64,000 nucleotides of DNA, taken from contig URPL01000002.1 of assembly GCA_900549725.1 (NCBI GenBank), forward strand, positions 17,077 through 81,076. The letters are read 5' to 3'. The DNA is from an uncultured Eubacteriales bacterium (lineage in GTDB: Bacteria > Bacillota > Clostridia > Oscillospirales > CAG-272). Made by a program: the position numbers and the translations under genes. The notes under the pieces are model-generated. The model was not told the DNA's origin, searched no databases, and saw only the letters and a program-made list of their open reading frames with translations. Shown here one piece after another: positions 10,207-20,125 of this stretch. How positions within the stretch are numbered: position 1 is the stretch's first letter; each line of letters opens with the position of its first letter.

Positions 10207-13065
10207 GTGTCTGCACCGTATTTGATTTTGCGCGGTGTCCGCGTGAATAACCTGAAAAACATCGATGTGAAAATCCCGCGGGATAAGCTTGTGGTTTTCA
10301 CCGGGCTCTCAGGCTCGGGAAAAACCTCCCTGGCGTTTGAAACCATCTATGCCGAGGGACATCGGCGGTTTGTGGAGTCTCTCTCCTCCTATGCGCGCAT
10401 GTTTTTGGGGCAGCTGGATAAGCCCGATCTTGACAGCGTTGAGGGGCTTTCCCCCGCCATTTCCATCGATCAGAAAACAACCTCCCGCAATCCCCGCTCC
10501 ACCGTGGGAACCGTGACGGAGATCTACGACTATCTGCGCCTTTTATATGCCCGCATCGGCGTGCCCCATTGCCCTGTCTGCGGCAAGGAGATCCGCCGCC
10601 AAAGCGTGGATCAGATCGTAAACCGCATTCTTGCCCTGCCCGCCGATTCCCGCCTGCTGGTGCTTGCGCCCATGGTGCGCGCGAAAAAGGGCATGCATGA
10701 AAAGGTGCTGGATTCCGCCCGCAAAAGCGGCTTTGTGCGCGTCAGAGCAGACGGCGCCATGTATGATCTCTCCGAGCCGATTGCCCTTGATAAAAACCTG
10801 CGCCATGATATCGATATTGTTGTTGACCGCATCATTCTGCGCGCCGACGGTGACCGGAAAAAGCTTTCCTCCCGCCTGAGCGATTCCGTAGAAACCGCGC
10901 TCTCCCTGACCGACGGCAACCTTCTCATCGCCCCTGCCGCCCCCGCGGAGGGCTTTGAAGCCGAGCTTTATTTTTCGCAGAATTATGCCTGCGAGGAACA
11001 CAATTTCAACGTCGGCGAATTGACGCCGCGCATGTTTTCGTTCAACAACCCATTCGGCGCCTGCCCAGAATGCTCCGGCCTTGGGCAGACGCGCTCCATC
11101 AGCGCTGCAAAAATTCTGCCCGATGAAGAAAAATCCCTGCGGCAGGGCGCTGTCAATGTCAACGGGTTCAAAACCGTCGGGGAAGACACCTGGATGGGCC
11201 CGTTGCTCATCGCTGTCGGAAAAAAGCACGGCTTTACCATCGATACCCCGCTGAAAGCCTTTTCTAAAGAGGCGCGCGCCGCTCTTCTTGAGGGAACAGG
11301 CAAAGAGACCTATCACATCGTGCGGTATTTTGACGGGGTGCGCCATGAGCAATCCGTTCCCTTTAAGGGGCTGCTCTCCATCATTGCCGAGCGCGCCGAT
11401 ACCTTTCAAAACGAATATTATGATGAATTTACCGTGGTGCGCCCCTGTCCGCGCTGCCACGGCGCGCGGCTGAACGAAGCTGCGCTCGGCGTTACGGTGG
11501 GCGGAATCAATCTCGATACGCTGTGCCGCAAAAATATCACCGCGGCGCTTGATTTTTTCAACAGCCTGACTCTGAGCGAAACGGAGGAGCAGATCGCCCG
11601 CGAAATTCTCAAGGAGATTCGCGCGCGCCTGGGCTTTTTGCAGAATGTGGGGCTGGAATATCTCACCCTTGCCCGCAGCGCGGGAACTCTCTCCGGCGGA
11701 GAGGCGCAGCGCATCCGCCTTGCAACGCAGATCGGATCCGCCCTGACCGGCGTGCTTTATATTTTGGATGAGCCGAGCATCGGGCTGCATCAGCGCGACA
11801 ATGCCAAACTGATTGCAACGCTCAAGCGTCTGCGCGATGTAGGAAACAGTCTCATCGTGGTCGAGCATGACGAGGAAACCATGCTGCAGGCGGATTATAT
11901 TCTTGATATCGGTCCGGGCGCCGGGGTACACGGCGGGCAGGTGGTCGCCGCAGGAACACCAAAGCAAATTATGAAAAACCCCGCCTCTCTTACGGGAGCC
12001 TATCTCAGCGGGCGCAAAAAAATTCCCGTGCCCGCCGCGCGCCGCGCGGGAAACGGGCAGCTGCTCACCGTGCGCGGCGCGCGGGAACATAATCTGAAAA
12101 ATATCGATGTTTCATTTCCTCTCGGGCTCTTTCTCTGTGTCACGGGGGTCTCAGGCTCCGGAAAATCCTCCCTGGTCAATTCCATTCTTTATGCTTCCCT
12201 TGCGCATACGCTCAACCGCGCCTATACCTTTGCGGGAGATCATGACGGGATTGACGGTGTAGAAGCGCTCGACAAGGTCATCTGCATCGATCAAAGCCCC
12301 ATCGGCAGAACCCCGCGCTCCAACCCTGCAACCTATACCGGTCTTTTCTCCGATATTCGCGACCTCTTTTCCCTCACGCCCGAGGCAAAAGCCCGCGGCT
12401 ATAAGCCCGGCCGCTTCTCCTTTAATGTCAAGGGCGGCCGCTGCGAGGCATGCGAGGGCGACGGCGTGAAAAAAATCGAAATGCATTTTCTCCCAGATGT
12501 TTATGTGAAATGCGATGTCTGCCACGGAAAGCGATATAACCGCGAAACGCTTGAATGCCATTATAAGGGTAAAAGCATTTCCGATGTGCTGGATATGACC
12601 GTGGAGGAGGGTCTTTCCTTCTTCTCCGAGCTGCCAAAACTCCGCCAAAAGCTGCAAACGCTCTATGATGTCGGGCTTGGATATCTTCGCATCGGGCAAT
12701 CCTCCACAACGCTCTCCGGCGGAGAGGCCCAGCGCGTGAAGCTTGCAACGGAGCTTGCCCGCCGCCAAACAGGAAAAACCCTGTATATTCTGGACGAGCC
12801 CACCACCGGGCTGCATACCGAGGATGTCTCTCATCTGATCGCCATTTTGCAGCGCCTGGTCGACATCGGAAATTCCGTCGTCGTGATCGAACATAACCTG
12901 GATGTAATTAAAACCGCCGATTATCTTATTGATCTCGGCCCCGAGGGCGGAGACGGCGGCGGCACCGTTGTGTGTGCCGGCACCCCCGAGCAGGTCGCCG
13001 CTTGCCCCGCTTCTTATACCGGGCAATATCTAAAGCCCCTGCTCCCTGCCTTTTCCGGGCAATAA
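10207..13065 (+). CDS. uvrA: Excinuclease ABC subunit A
   Basis: The GTG start at 10207 follows AAAAGGAGA. Two ABC modules are present ([12 protein letters not shown] and [10 protein letters not shown], each with LSGGEAQR), together with zinc-finger CxxC pairs. Confidence 0.95.
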   Translation: MSAPYLILRGVRVNNLKNIDVKIPRDKLVVFTGLSGSGKTSLAFETIYAEGHRRFVESLSSYARMFLGQLDKPDLDSVEGLSPAISIDQKTTSRNPRSTVGTVTEIYDYLRLLYARIGVPHCPVCGKEIRRQSVDQIVNRILALPADSRLLVLAPMVRAKKGMHEKVLDSARKSGFVRVRADGAMYDLSEPIALDKNLRHDIDIVVDRIILRADGDRKKLSSRLSDSVETALSLTDGNLLIAPAAPAEGFEAELYFSQNYACEEHNFNVGELTPRMFSFNNPFGACPECSGLGQTRSISAAKILPDEEKSLRQGAVNVNGFKTVGEDTWMGPLLIAVGKKHGFTIDTPLKAFSKEARAALLEGTGKETYHIVRYFDGVRHEQSVPFKGLLSIIAERADTFQNEYYDEFTVVRPCPRCHGARLNEAALGVTVGGINLDTLCRKNITAALDFFNSLTLSETEEQIAREILKEIRARLGFLQNVGLEYLTLARSAGTLSGGEAQRIRLATQIGSALTGVLYILDEPSIGLHQRDNAKLIATLKRLRDVGNSLIVVEHDEETMLQADYILDIGPGAGVHGGQVVAAGTPKQIMKNPASLTGAYLSGRKKIPVPAARRAGNGQLLTVRGAREHNLKNIDVSFPLGLFLCVTGVSGSGKSSLVNSILYASLAHTLNRAYTFAGDHDGIDGVEALDKVICIDQSPIGRTPRSNPATYTGLFSDIRDLFSLTPEAKARGYKPGRFSFNVKGGRCEACEGDGVKKIEMHFLPDVYVKCDVCHGKRYNRETLECHYKGKSISDVLDMTVEEGLSFFSELPKLRQKLQTLYDVGLGYLRIGQSSTTLSGGEAQRVKLATELARRQTGKTLYILDEPTTGLHTEDVSHLIAILQRLVDIGNSVVVIEHNLDVIKTADYLIDLGPEGGDGGGTVVCAGTPEQVAACPASYTGQYLKPLLPAFSGQ

Positions 13066-13115
13066 ACGGCTCTCATCCTGCGCTCTCTTTTGAAAACGCC
13101 GCGGCAAAATGAAAA

Positions 13116-13156
13116 GAGACAGTTTACAACTCTTTGTCGTAAACTGCCTCTTTTTT
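13116..13156. terminator. Rho-independent terminator after uvrA (also usable by the convergent SDR gene)
   Basis: GAGACAGTTTAC-aactctttgtc-GTAAACTGCCTC (a 12-bp stem with one mismatch) is followed by TTTTTT. The minus-strand reading is also followed by a T-rich run. Confidence 0.6.
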
Positions 13157-13247
13157 GTTTTGTCAAAAAGTGACATAAAAATGCTTCTTTTCGGGCGCAT
13201 TCAAACGCTATGCCCGCTTTTTTCATGCTGCCCGCTCTTTTTTTCGT

Positions 13248-14075
13248 TTACACACCGCTGTATGCGGAGAAACCGCCGTCCACGGGAATGACAACGCCGG
13301 TGATAAAACCGGAAGCCTCCTCATCAACAAGGAAGCGAAGCGTGCCGAGCAGCTCTTCCGGCTTGCCGAAGCGCCCGGTGGGGGTTGCGGCAAGAATTTT
13401 TTCGGTGCGGGGGGTCGGGGTGCCGTCCTCCCGGAACAGCATCGCGCGATTCTGATTGGTTACAAAAAAGCCGGGGGCAATGGCATTCACGCGGATATTT
13501 TCTTTTGCAAAATGCACCGCAAGCCATTTTGTAAAGTTGGAAACGGCAGCTTTTGCGGCGCTGTATGCGGGAATTTTCGTCAGCGGCGTAAAAGCATTCA
13601 TCGAAGAAATATTCAAAACGCTGCAGCCGGGGCGGCCGAGCATATCGGGCAGAAAAATTTGGCTCGGCAAAAGAGTGCCGACAAGATTAAGCCCAAAGAC
13701 AAAATCAAAGCCGGAGCGATCGATATTAAAAAAGGTGGTAAACTCCGTAACGGCTTCATCGCCCGCCTCATAGAATTCATGCGCGGTGGTACAGCGGGGA
13801 GAATTGCCGCCGGCTCCGTTGATAAGAACATCGCATTTACCGAAGGCCTCGTCTATTTTTGCTTTTGCCTGCAAAAGGCTCTCTTTTTCAAGAACGGAGC
13901 AAGGGCAGGCAAGCGCTTTGCCGCCGCCTTCAGCATTGATTTTTGCGGCAAGCTCGTTCGTTGCCTGTTCATTGAGATCCAAAAGGGCTACATTATGCCC
14001 GTCGGCGGCAAGGGCGCGTGCAAACGCGGAGCAAAGAACACCTGCTGCGCCGGTAATAACAATTGTCTTTTTCAT
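13248..14075 (-). CDS. SDR-family oxidoreductase, UxuB/YjmF-like (probable fructuronate/mannonate reductase)
   Basis: A TGAAGVL Rossmann N-terminus, the catalytic YSAAK motif and the tail NAIAPGFF...GRFGKPEEL...VDGGF are present. It is co-oriented with and adjacent to uxaC. Confidence 0.75.
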   Translation of the reverse strand: MKKTIVITGAAGVLCSAFARALAADGHNVALLDLNEQATNELAAKINAEGGGKALACPCSVLEKESLLQAKAKIDEAFGKCDVLINGAGGNSPRCTTAHEFYEAGDEAVTEFTTFFNIDRSGFDFVFGLNLVGTLLPSQIFLPDMLGRPGCSVLNISSMNAFTPLTKIPAYSAAKAAVSNFTKWLAVHFAKENIRVNAIAPGFFVTNQNRAMLFREDGTPTPRTEKILAATPTGRFGKPEELLGTLRFLVDEEASGFITGVVIPVDGGFSAYSGV

Positions 14076-14093
14076 GGGGATATCCTTTCTTCT

Positions 14094-15464
14094 TCAAAAT
14101 ATTTCACTTTTTTGCGCCGGGGCAAGCCAGTCACGCATTGTTTCATAGCTCAGGCGCCTTGCAAGCTTTTCCGCGTTCGGATAGGAGAGCGTTCCGTCAT
14201 TTACGGACTGCGCAAGAAAAGAGCTCAAAATGCGGCGGAAGAAATCATGTCGGGCATAGGAAAGAAAGCTGCGCGAATCGGTTAGCATACCGGGAAACGA
14301 AGAAAGCGAAGCCGCCTCAGCCAGGGAAGAGAGCGTTTCGCGAATGCCGCGCCGATGATCCAAAAACCACCATGCCGCGCCGATATGCACATTGCAAAAG
14401 GAAGCGCTCAGGGAACACATAGCATCCCGCATTGCAGGATTCAGGCAATAAAGAATCGTGCGGGGAAGACCTTTTCCGTCCGCCTCTATGCCGTTGAGCA
14501 GCGCTGCGATTCTGTCAACGCCGATGGGCTCTCCCATGCAGTCGCTTCCGCAGTCTGCGCCGAGCTTTTTTGAAAGAGAGAGGCATGCATTGCGCTTGAC
14601 CGCCATATGCCATTGCATGATGATATTTTTCTCCCGATAAAGCCTGCCCAGCTGCACAAACAGTGTGCCGCGCAGCGCGTCCTTTTCCTGCTCACTCACC
14701 GCATCGCCGCGCAAAACAGAGCGAAAAATTGTATCGGCTTTCGAAAATTCCGCTGCCGTATGCGGAAACTGCTCAATGCCGACATCGCTGACGCGGCAGC
14801 CGTTTTCGCAGAAAAAATCCAAACGGGTCGAAAGCGCTGCAAGCAGCGTTTCCAGCGATGTTATTTTCACACCGCTTGCCTCTTCCAAAAGCGCAAGATA
14901 TGTTTTTTCAAAGGAAAACACCCGGTCGGTGCGAAAAGAGGGCAGCACACGCACCTCATAGCCCTCTTCCCTCATTTTTCGATGGTATTCCAGGGAATCC
15001 GCGGGGTCGTCCGTCGTTGCGATAAGCCTGACATTGGCGCCGCACACGATTTTGCGGGGAGAGAGCTTTCTCTCCGTGATTTGCTGCTGCACCTCATCAT
15101 AAATATCCGCAGCCGTTTCTTCACACAGCCGCTGTTCAATGCCGAAAAAGCGGGAAAGCTCCAGCGTTGTAAAATCGACGAGCGGATTTGCGGGAGAGAG
15201 GCTGATTGCGCGCGCATAGGCAATAAATTTTTCCTTTTCGTCCCGCTCCCCCGTAATATATTCCTCGGAAATACCTGCAGATCGCATCAGGCGCCATTTA
15301 TAATGATCCCGCCCGAAGATCAACGCTCCCGCACTTGCAAAGGGTCTGTCCTCATAAAGCTCTTTCGGGTCCAAATGACAATGATAATCCAAAATAGGCA
15401 GCACGCGCACCGCGCGGTATAAGCTTCTCGCCGCCGGCGATTCCAACAAAAATTCTTCCTGCAC
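14094..15464 (-). CDS. uxaC: Glucuronate isomerase
   Basis: The LPILDYHCHLDPKE signature is present and the length is about 456 aa. The GTG start is preceded by GGAGGGAG. Confidence 0.9.
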   Translation of the reverse strand: MQEEFLLESPAARSLYRAVRVLPILDYHCHLDPKELYEDRPFASAGALIFGRDHYKWRLMRSAGISEEYITGERDEKEKFIAYARAISLSPANPLVDFTTLELSRFFGIEQRLCEETAADIYDEVQQQITERKLSPRKIVCGANVRLIATTDDPADSLEYHRKMREEGYEVRVLPSFRTDRVFSFEKTYLALLEEASGVKITSLETLLAALSTRLDFFCENGCRVSDVGIEQFPHTAAEFSKADTIFRSVLRGDAVSEQEKDALRGTLFVQLGRLYREKNIIMQWHMAVKRNACLSLSKKLGADCGSDCMGEPIGVDRIAALLNGIEADGKGLPRTILYCLNPAMRDAMCSLSASFCNVHIGAAWWFLDHRRGIRETLSSLAEAASLSSFPGMLTDSRSFLSYARHDFFRRILSSFLAQSVNDGTLSYPNAEKLARRLSYETMRDWLAPAQKSEIF

Positions 15465-15544
15465 TGTATCATCTCCCTCCGTGACATTCTTTCCTCCTCA
15501 TTATACTGTTTTCCTTCGGGTTTGTAAAGGGCACGGAAGGCGGT

Positions 15545-15611
15545 TTTTCCACAGTTTGTCCGCATTTTTCCGTGGAAAACTATTGTCAAAAAACCGCTTT
15601 CATGTTATAAT
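15545..15611 (+). promoter_or_regulatory. dnaA promoter region with flanking DnaA boxes
   Basis: TTTTCCACA lies at 15545-15553 (1 mismatch to TTATCCACA). CGTGGAAAA lies at 15571-15579 (reverse orientation, 2 mismatches). The promoter is TTGTCA (15583-15588), a 17-nt spacer, then TATAAT (15606-15611) preceded by TG. Confidence 0.5.
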
Positions 15612-15719
15612 GGTATATATATAATGGAAGCAAGTTTCAAAAAACCGACGCGGACAAGCCGCAATAAGCGTTTTTTTCGATATCCTGCGCCCTGCCGCGC
15701 GGAAAGACGAGGACAAAGC

Positions 15720-17195
15720 ATGACAGGCAACATCGACATATGGAATTTAATGTATCAAAAGCTTTCGGAGCATTTTCCGGGCACCGTGGGAGATTTGTGG
15801 TTTTCGGGGCTCGGCCTTGTCGCTATGGACGATACGCAGTGTATTCTTGTATCCGACAGCGATATGAAAGCGCATATTATTAATACAAAATATGCAGATG
15901 CGGCGGCGAAGGTGATTGAGGATACCGTAGGCTTTCCGCTGAAGCTCTGTGTTTTGAGCAAGGAACATACCGAAATCGATCCCGAAAAGATTAAAGAGCT
16001 CCTTGCTGCGGGAGAAGAAATCAAGCCCTTTGTCATCGGTCCTGCGAAAAAAGAGGAGCCTTTGCAAAGCGAAGCTGTATTCTCTGCCGATGTACAGGAG
16101 CAGCAGCCTCAAAAATCGCAGCCTCTTTCCACCGCAGAGCTTGACACCACAACGGATCATCCGCATCGCTCTCTTTCCTCGCGCGAATATACCTTTGAAA
16201 ACTTCATTGTAGGCAGCTCGAACTCTCTTGCCTGCGCCGCGTGCGTAGCCGTTGCAAATAAACCTGCCTCTACAAATTTCAATCCCCTGTTTATCCACGG
16301 CCCGAGCGGCCTTGGAAAAACGCACCTTTTGTATGCCATTACCAACCGCATCCTTGAAAACAATCCGCAGGCAAATATTATTTATATCAAGGGCGAGGCC
16401 TTCACTAATCAGCTCATTGCATCCATTTCTGCGGGCACCACGGAGGAATTCCGCAATAAATATCGAAAAGCGGATGTCTTGCTGATCGACGATATTCAGT
16501 TCATCGCCGGAAAAAACTCCACACAGGAGGAATTTTTCCATACCTTCAATGCGCTGTATGAGGACCGCAAGCAGATTATTCTGACCTCCGACCGCCCTCC
16601 AAAGGATATCAAAACTCTTGAGGACCGCTTGCGCACCCGTTTTGAATGGGGAGTGATCATTGATATTCAGCCGCCGGATCTTGAGCTGCGCGTCGCCATA
16701 GCCAAAAGCAAGGCAGAGAGCATGAATCTTGATATTCCTTATGAGGTTCTGACTTATCTTGCCGAAAAGCTGCGCAATAATGTGCGCCAAATTGAAGGGG
16801 CTCTGCGCCGCCTGAGCGCTTATACAACGCTATCCCGAATGCCAATAACCATGGAAGCGGCGCGGGACAGCATTGCGGATGTTCTCACGGGAGCGGAACC
16901 AACCAATGTCACTCTGGACCGTATCTTTGCCGTGGTTTCCAAAAAATACGGCGTTACCCCGGCAGATATCAAAAGCGCGCGCCGCTCCAAGGAAATTGCC
17001 TTTGCGCGTCATGTCAGCGTATACATTGTGCGGCAGGTTACCGATCTTTCCCTGCCCTCCATCGGAAAAATACTCAACCGCGATCATACCACCATTCTTT
17101 CCTCCATCAAATTTGTAGAGAAAAAAATGGAGGATTCCTCTTTGCTCAAACAGGAAATCACGGATATGATCTCGGAGATCCGCAAGGAAATGTAA
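15720..17195 (+). CDS. dnaA: Chromosomal replication initiator protein DnaA
   Basis: AAA+ Walker A GPSGLGKTHLL, Walker B LLIDDIQF, and a C-terminal box-binding domain (ARHVSVYIVRQVTDLSLPSIGKILNRDHTTILSS) are present. The ATG at 15720 (MTGNIDIWN) is in frame with the track ORF. Confidence 0.95.
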   Translation: MTGNIDIWNLMYQKLSEHFPGTVGDLWFSGLGLVAMDDTQCILVSDSDMKAHIINTKYADAAAKVIEDTVGFPLKLCVLSKEHTEIDPEKIKELLAAGEEIKPFVIGPAKKEEPLQSEAVFSADVQEQQPQKSQPLSTAELDTTTDHPHRSLSSREYTFENFIVGSSNSLACAACVAVANKPASTNFNPLFIHGPSGLGKTHLLYAITNRILENNPQANIIYIKGEAFTNQLIASISAGTTEEFRNKYRKADVLLIDDIQFIAGKNSTQEEFFHTFNALYEDRKQIILTSDRPPKDIKTLEDRLRTRFEWGVIIDIQPPDLELRVAIAKSKAESMNLDIPYEVLTYLAEKLRNNVRQIEGALRRLSAYTTLSRMPITMEAARDSIADVLTGAEPTNVTLDRIFAVVSKKYGVTPADIKSARRSKEIAFARHVSVYIVRQVTDLSLPSIGKILNRDHTTILSSIKFVEKKMEDSSLLKQEITDMISEIRKEM

Positions 17196-17498
17196 TCACA
17201 GCTTTTCCACATATCCACAAGGGCTTTCCCCATTTTTTTAACAGCAGAACAAGCCGTTTTCCTCTTTTGCATTTCTCCGTTTTTCTTTTGCGGAAAGGAG
17301 AAGATTTTCGCACAGCTTTTCAATTTCTTTTCCACCGCGTTTTCCGGCTTGTTTTTTTTTCATTGATACCCGCAATAGCAACGTTTTTTTCACTTTTTCA
17401 CAGTTTCCCCACCCCCTATTACTGCTACCTCTACTATATCCATTAAAGAAAGGACAATACGGTTTCTGCTTTTTGAAAGCCGGAAAGGAATCCATTTC
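17196..17498. promoter_or_regulatory. oriC-like dnaA-dnaN spacer (DnaA boxes, GC cluster, trinucleotide-periodic tract)
   Basis: DnaA-box-like 9-mers are TTTTCCACA (17203-17211), ATATCCACA (17211-17219), TTTTCCACC (17328-17336) and TTTTTCACA (17394-17402). These are followed by CCCCACCCCC (17407-17416). A 3-nt periodic tract then reads 5'-TAGTAGAGGTAGCAGTAA-3' on the minus strand (17419-17436). Confidence 0.55.
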
Positions 17499-18674
17499 AT
17501 GAAAGTCGTATTTGAAAAAGACAGTTTAACACAGGCAATCGCAAAAGCGCTCAGTGCCGTTGCAACCTCCGGAACCATCAAAGCCATTGAAGGCATTCAG
17601 ATGATCGCGCAGGCAAACGGTGATGTTACGCTGAATTCCTTCGATCTTGAAAAAGGAATTCGCTGTACCGTCAAAGCAACGGTAAAGGAGGAGGGCAGCT
17701 TTATCATCAATGCGCAGCGCCTCTCTCAGATTTTGCGCGTGATGCCCTCGCCCATTGAAATCGATATAGATGCAGCGGGCCATACAAAAATTCATTCCGG
17801 GCTCTCCGAATATACGCTGAGCGCGCTGCCGGGAAGCGATTTTCCGAACACGCCGATGCTGGAGGGAGACTGGGGCTTTACCATGCAGCAGGGGCAGCTG
17901 CGCGATATGATTGCAAAAACGATTTATGCCGTTGCCAATAACGACCCGCGCCCTGCGCTCAACGGCATGTTGTTCCGCATTGAAAATGAAAGAATCGTTT
18001 TGGTCTCTTCGGACAGCTTCCGTCTTTCCATTTGCGAAAAACAGCTGGATCTGAAAAAGGAATCATTTGAAAATAAAGATCTTTCTCTTTCCATGGTCGT
18101 CCCGGGTAAAACCGTTTCCGAGCTTTATAAGCTGCTTGCGGATAATGAAAAGCCCGTGCGCATTTTGGCAACCAATAAGCATATTATTTTTATTCTCGGA
18201 AACACCTTCTTCTTCTCGCGCCTGATCAACACAAGCTATATTGAATATGAAAAATTCATTCCGAAAAACCCGAAAACCTTCGTGATTGCGGACCGAATGG
18301 AACTGCTGGAATCCTTGGAGCGCGTTGCGCTGGTTTGCGAAGAAAAAGGGCAGGGAAAATCAAAGGGAGCCGTTGCATGCAAATTTGAGAGCGACGGAAG
18401 GCTTATGCTTTCCTCTACCTCTCAAAGCTCTTCCGTTTACGATGAGGTTACCATTGAAATTGAAGGAGAATCGCTGGAAATCGGCATGCATTGCCGTTAT
18501 CTGATCGATGCTTTGCGTGCGGCGGATACGGAGCGCATTCGGATATCTTTGGTCAGCCCCCTTGTGAGCATTGTGATGGAGCCTTTGTATCGGCAGGAGG
18601 ATGAAAAGGCTTGGAAAAAACAAGGCATTGCAAAGGAAAGCTTTTTGTTCCTGGTTGTGCCGGTAAGGCTTTGA
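17499..18674 (+). CDS. dnaN: DNA polymerase III beta sliding clamp
   Basis: The position after dnaA, the length (391 aa) and the three-domain clamp pattern fit DnaN. The N-terminus is MKVVFEKDSL and the C-terminus is LVVPVRL-type. Confidence 0.95.
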   Translation: MKVVFEKDSLTQAIAKALSAVATSGTIKAIEGIQMIAQANGDVTLNSFDLEKGIRCTVKATVKEEGSFIINAQRLSQILRVMPSPIEIDIDAAGHTKIHSGLSEYTLSALPGSDFPNTPMLEGDWGFTMQQGQLRDMIAKTIYAVANNDPRPALNGMLFRIENERIVLVSSDSFRLSICEKQLDLKKESFENKDLSLSMVVPGKTVSELYKLLADNEKPVRILATNKHIIFILGNTFFFSRLINTSYIEYEKFIPKNPKTFVIADRMELLESLERVALVCEEKGQGKSKGAVACKFESDGRLMLSSTSQSSSVYDEVTIEIEGESLEIGMHCRYLIDALRAADTERIRISLVSPLVSIVMEPLYRQEDEKAWKKQGIAKESFLFLVVPVRL

Positions 18675-18678
18675 TTTT

Positions 18679-19794
18679 ATGAAGCTGGAGGAGCTTTCCT
18701 TTTCCGCTTTTCGTAATCTTGAAGCGCAGACGCTGCAGTTTTCGGACGGGATCAATATCCTAAGCGGGGATAACGCGCAAGGCAAAACCAATGCAATCGA
18801 GGCAATCTATCTGTTTGCTGCCGGGAAAAGCTTTCGCGGCGCAAAAGAAAGAGAAATGATTCGTTTTGGGGCACAAAGAGCAAGAGTGGATTTGATATTT
18901 TCCGAAAAAAAGAGAGATATCACGGCTCTTTCCGTCGAGCTTTTTGAAAATGCCCCGAAAAAATGTCGCGAAAACGGCGTAATCGTACCCCGCATGAAGG
19001 ATTTTTTGGGGCAATTTCGCGCGGTTTTGTTTTGCCCGGAGCATCTTTGGCTGATCAAGGGCGCAAGCAGCGAACGAAGAGCTTTTTTAGACGGCGCAAT
19101 TTCACAGCTGCGCACAAGCTATGCGCTTTCTCTTGCGGAATATCAAAAGCTTTTGCGGCAGCGCAATGCTCTTTTGAAAGAAGAAAATCGTTCTGCGCGG
19201 GAAAAAGCGATTTTGCTTGAAATTTTTGTGCAGCAGATGGCGCCGCACAACGAGCGTATTCAAAAATGCAGAATGCAGTATTTGGAGGCCGTGCAAAAAG
19301 AGCTTGCGCAGACGATGAAAAGCATCAGCGGCGGACAGGAAACGGTGTGCCTGTGCTACGGGCAAGGAGAAGAGAAGCTGCGCGCCGAAGAAATCAGTCA
19401 GACATTTTATTATGAAAATGCGATGCGTTCCATCGAGCGCGAAATTGCGGCAGGAGTGACGCTGCATGGATGCCACAGAGATGATTTTTTTGTCTATGTG
19501 AATGAAAAAGAGGCGAAAAAATATTGTTCGCAGGGGCAGGACCGCTCTCTTGTGCTCGGGCTGAAGCTTGCCGAAGGGGCGCTCAGCGCGCGACAAAGCG
19601 GAGAAGAGCCCGTCTATCTTTTTGATGATGTGCTCAGTGAGTTGGATGCAAAGCGGCGCGCTTATCTGAAAGATCATTTGGAGCAAAAACAGGTGATTCT
19701 CACCTGCTGCGATGAAAAAGATGCGAGCAGCATGCAAAGCGGGGATATGCTTTGCCGCTATGAGGCAAGCGGCGGCAAATTTACCCGAAAATAA
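18679..19794 (+). CDS. recF: DNA replication and repair protein RecF
   Basis: Walker A GDNAQGKTNAIEAI, the signature region and Walker B LFDDVLSELD are present. It occupies the conserved dnaN-recF position. Confidence 0.93.
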   Translation: MKLEELSFSAFRNLEAQTLQFSDGINILSGDNAQGKTNAIEAIYLFAAGKSFRGAKEREMIRFGAQRARVDLIFSEKKRDITALSVELFENAPKKCRENGVIVPRMKDFLGQFRAVLFCPEHLWLIKGASSERRAFLDGAISQLRTSYALSLAEYQKLLRQRNALLKEENRSAREKAILLEIFVQQMAPHNERIQKCRMQYLEAVQKELAQTMKSISGGQETVCLCYGQGEEKLRAEEISQTFYYENAMRSIEREIAAGVTLHGCHRDDFFVYVNEKEAKKYCSQGQDRSLVLGLKLAEGALSARQSGEEPVYLFDDVLSELDAKRRAYLKDHLEQKQVILTCCDEKDASSMQSGDMLCRYEASGGKFTRK

Positions 19795-19818
19795 GAAACG
19801 AGAAAATGGAAAAAGGCT

Positions 19819-20094
19819 ATGTTTTTACACGGCGGCGGAAATAAGAATCTGAAAAAAAGCGAAATTATCGGCATTTTTGATTTGGACAGCGCCTCTGTCG
19901 GGCAAAAAACAAAAGAATTTTTGCGGCGAACGGAAAAACAGGGAAAAACAAGAAATATAGGCACGGGTCTGCCGAAATCGTTTCTTGTGACTGTTTCTAA
20001 AACAGAAGGAGAAACCGTCTATTTCAGCGCGCTTGCCGCAACAACGCTGGCGCAGCGCGCAAAAGCGGACTATACGAATCTGAGCAAAGAATAA
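19819..20094 (+). CDS. remB: DUF370-family protein, RemB/YaaB-like
   Basis: This is a 91-aa ORF between recF and gyrB, as yaaB is in B. subtilis. The IIGIFDLD...KSFLVT...YFSALAATTLAQRA pattern matches the DUF370 family from memory. Confidence 0.7.
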   Translation: MFLHGGGNKNLKKSEIIGIFDLDSASVGQKTKEFLRRTEKQGKTRNIGTGLPKSFLVTVSKTEGETVYFSALAATTLAQRAKADYTNLSKE

Positions 20095-20125
20095 AAGAAT
20101 CAATCCGAAAAGAAAGGATGCTATC

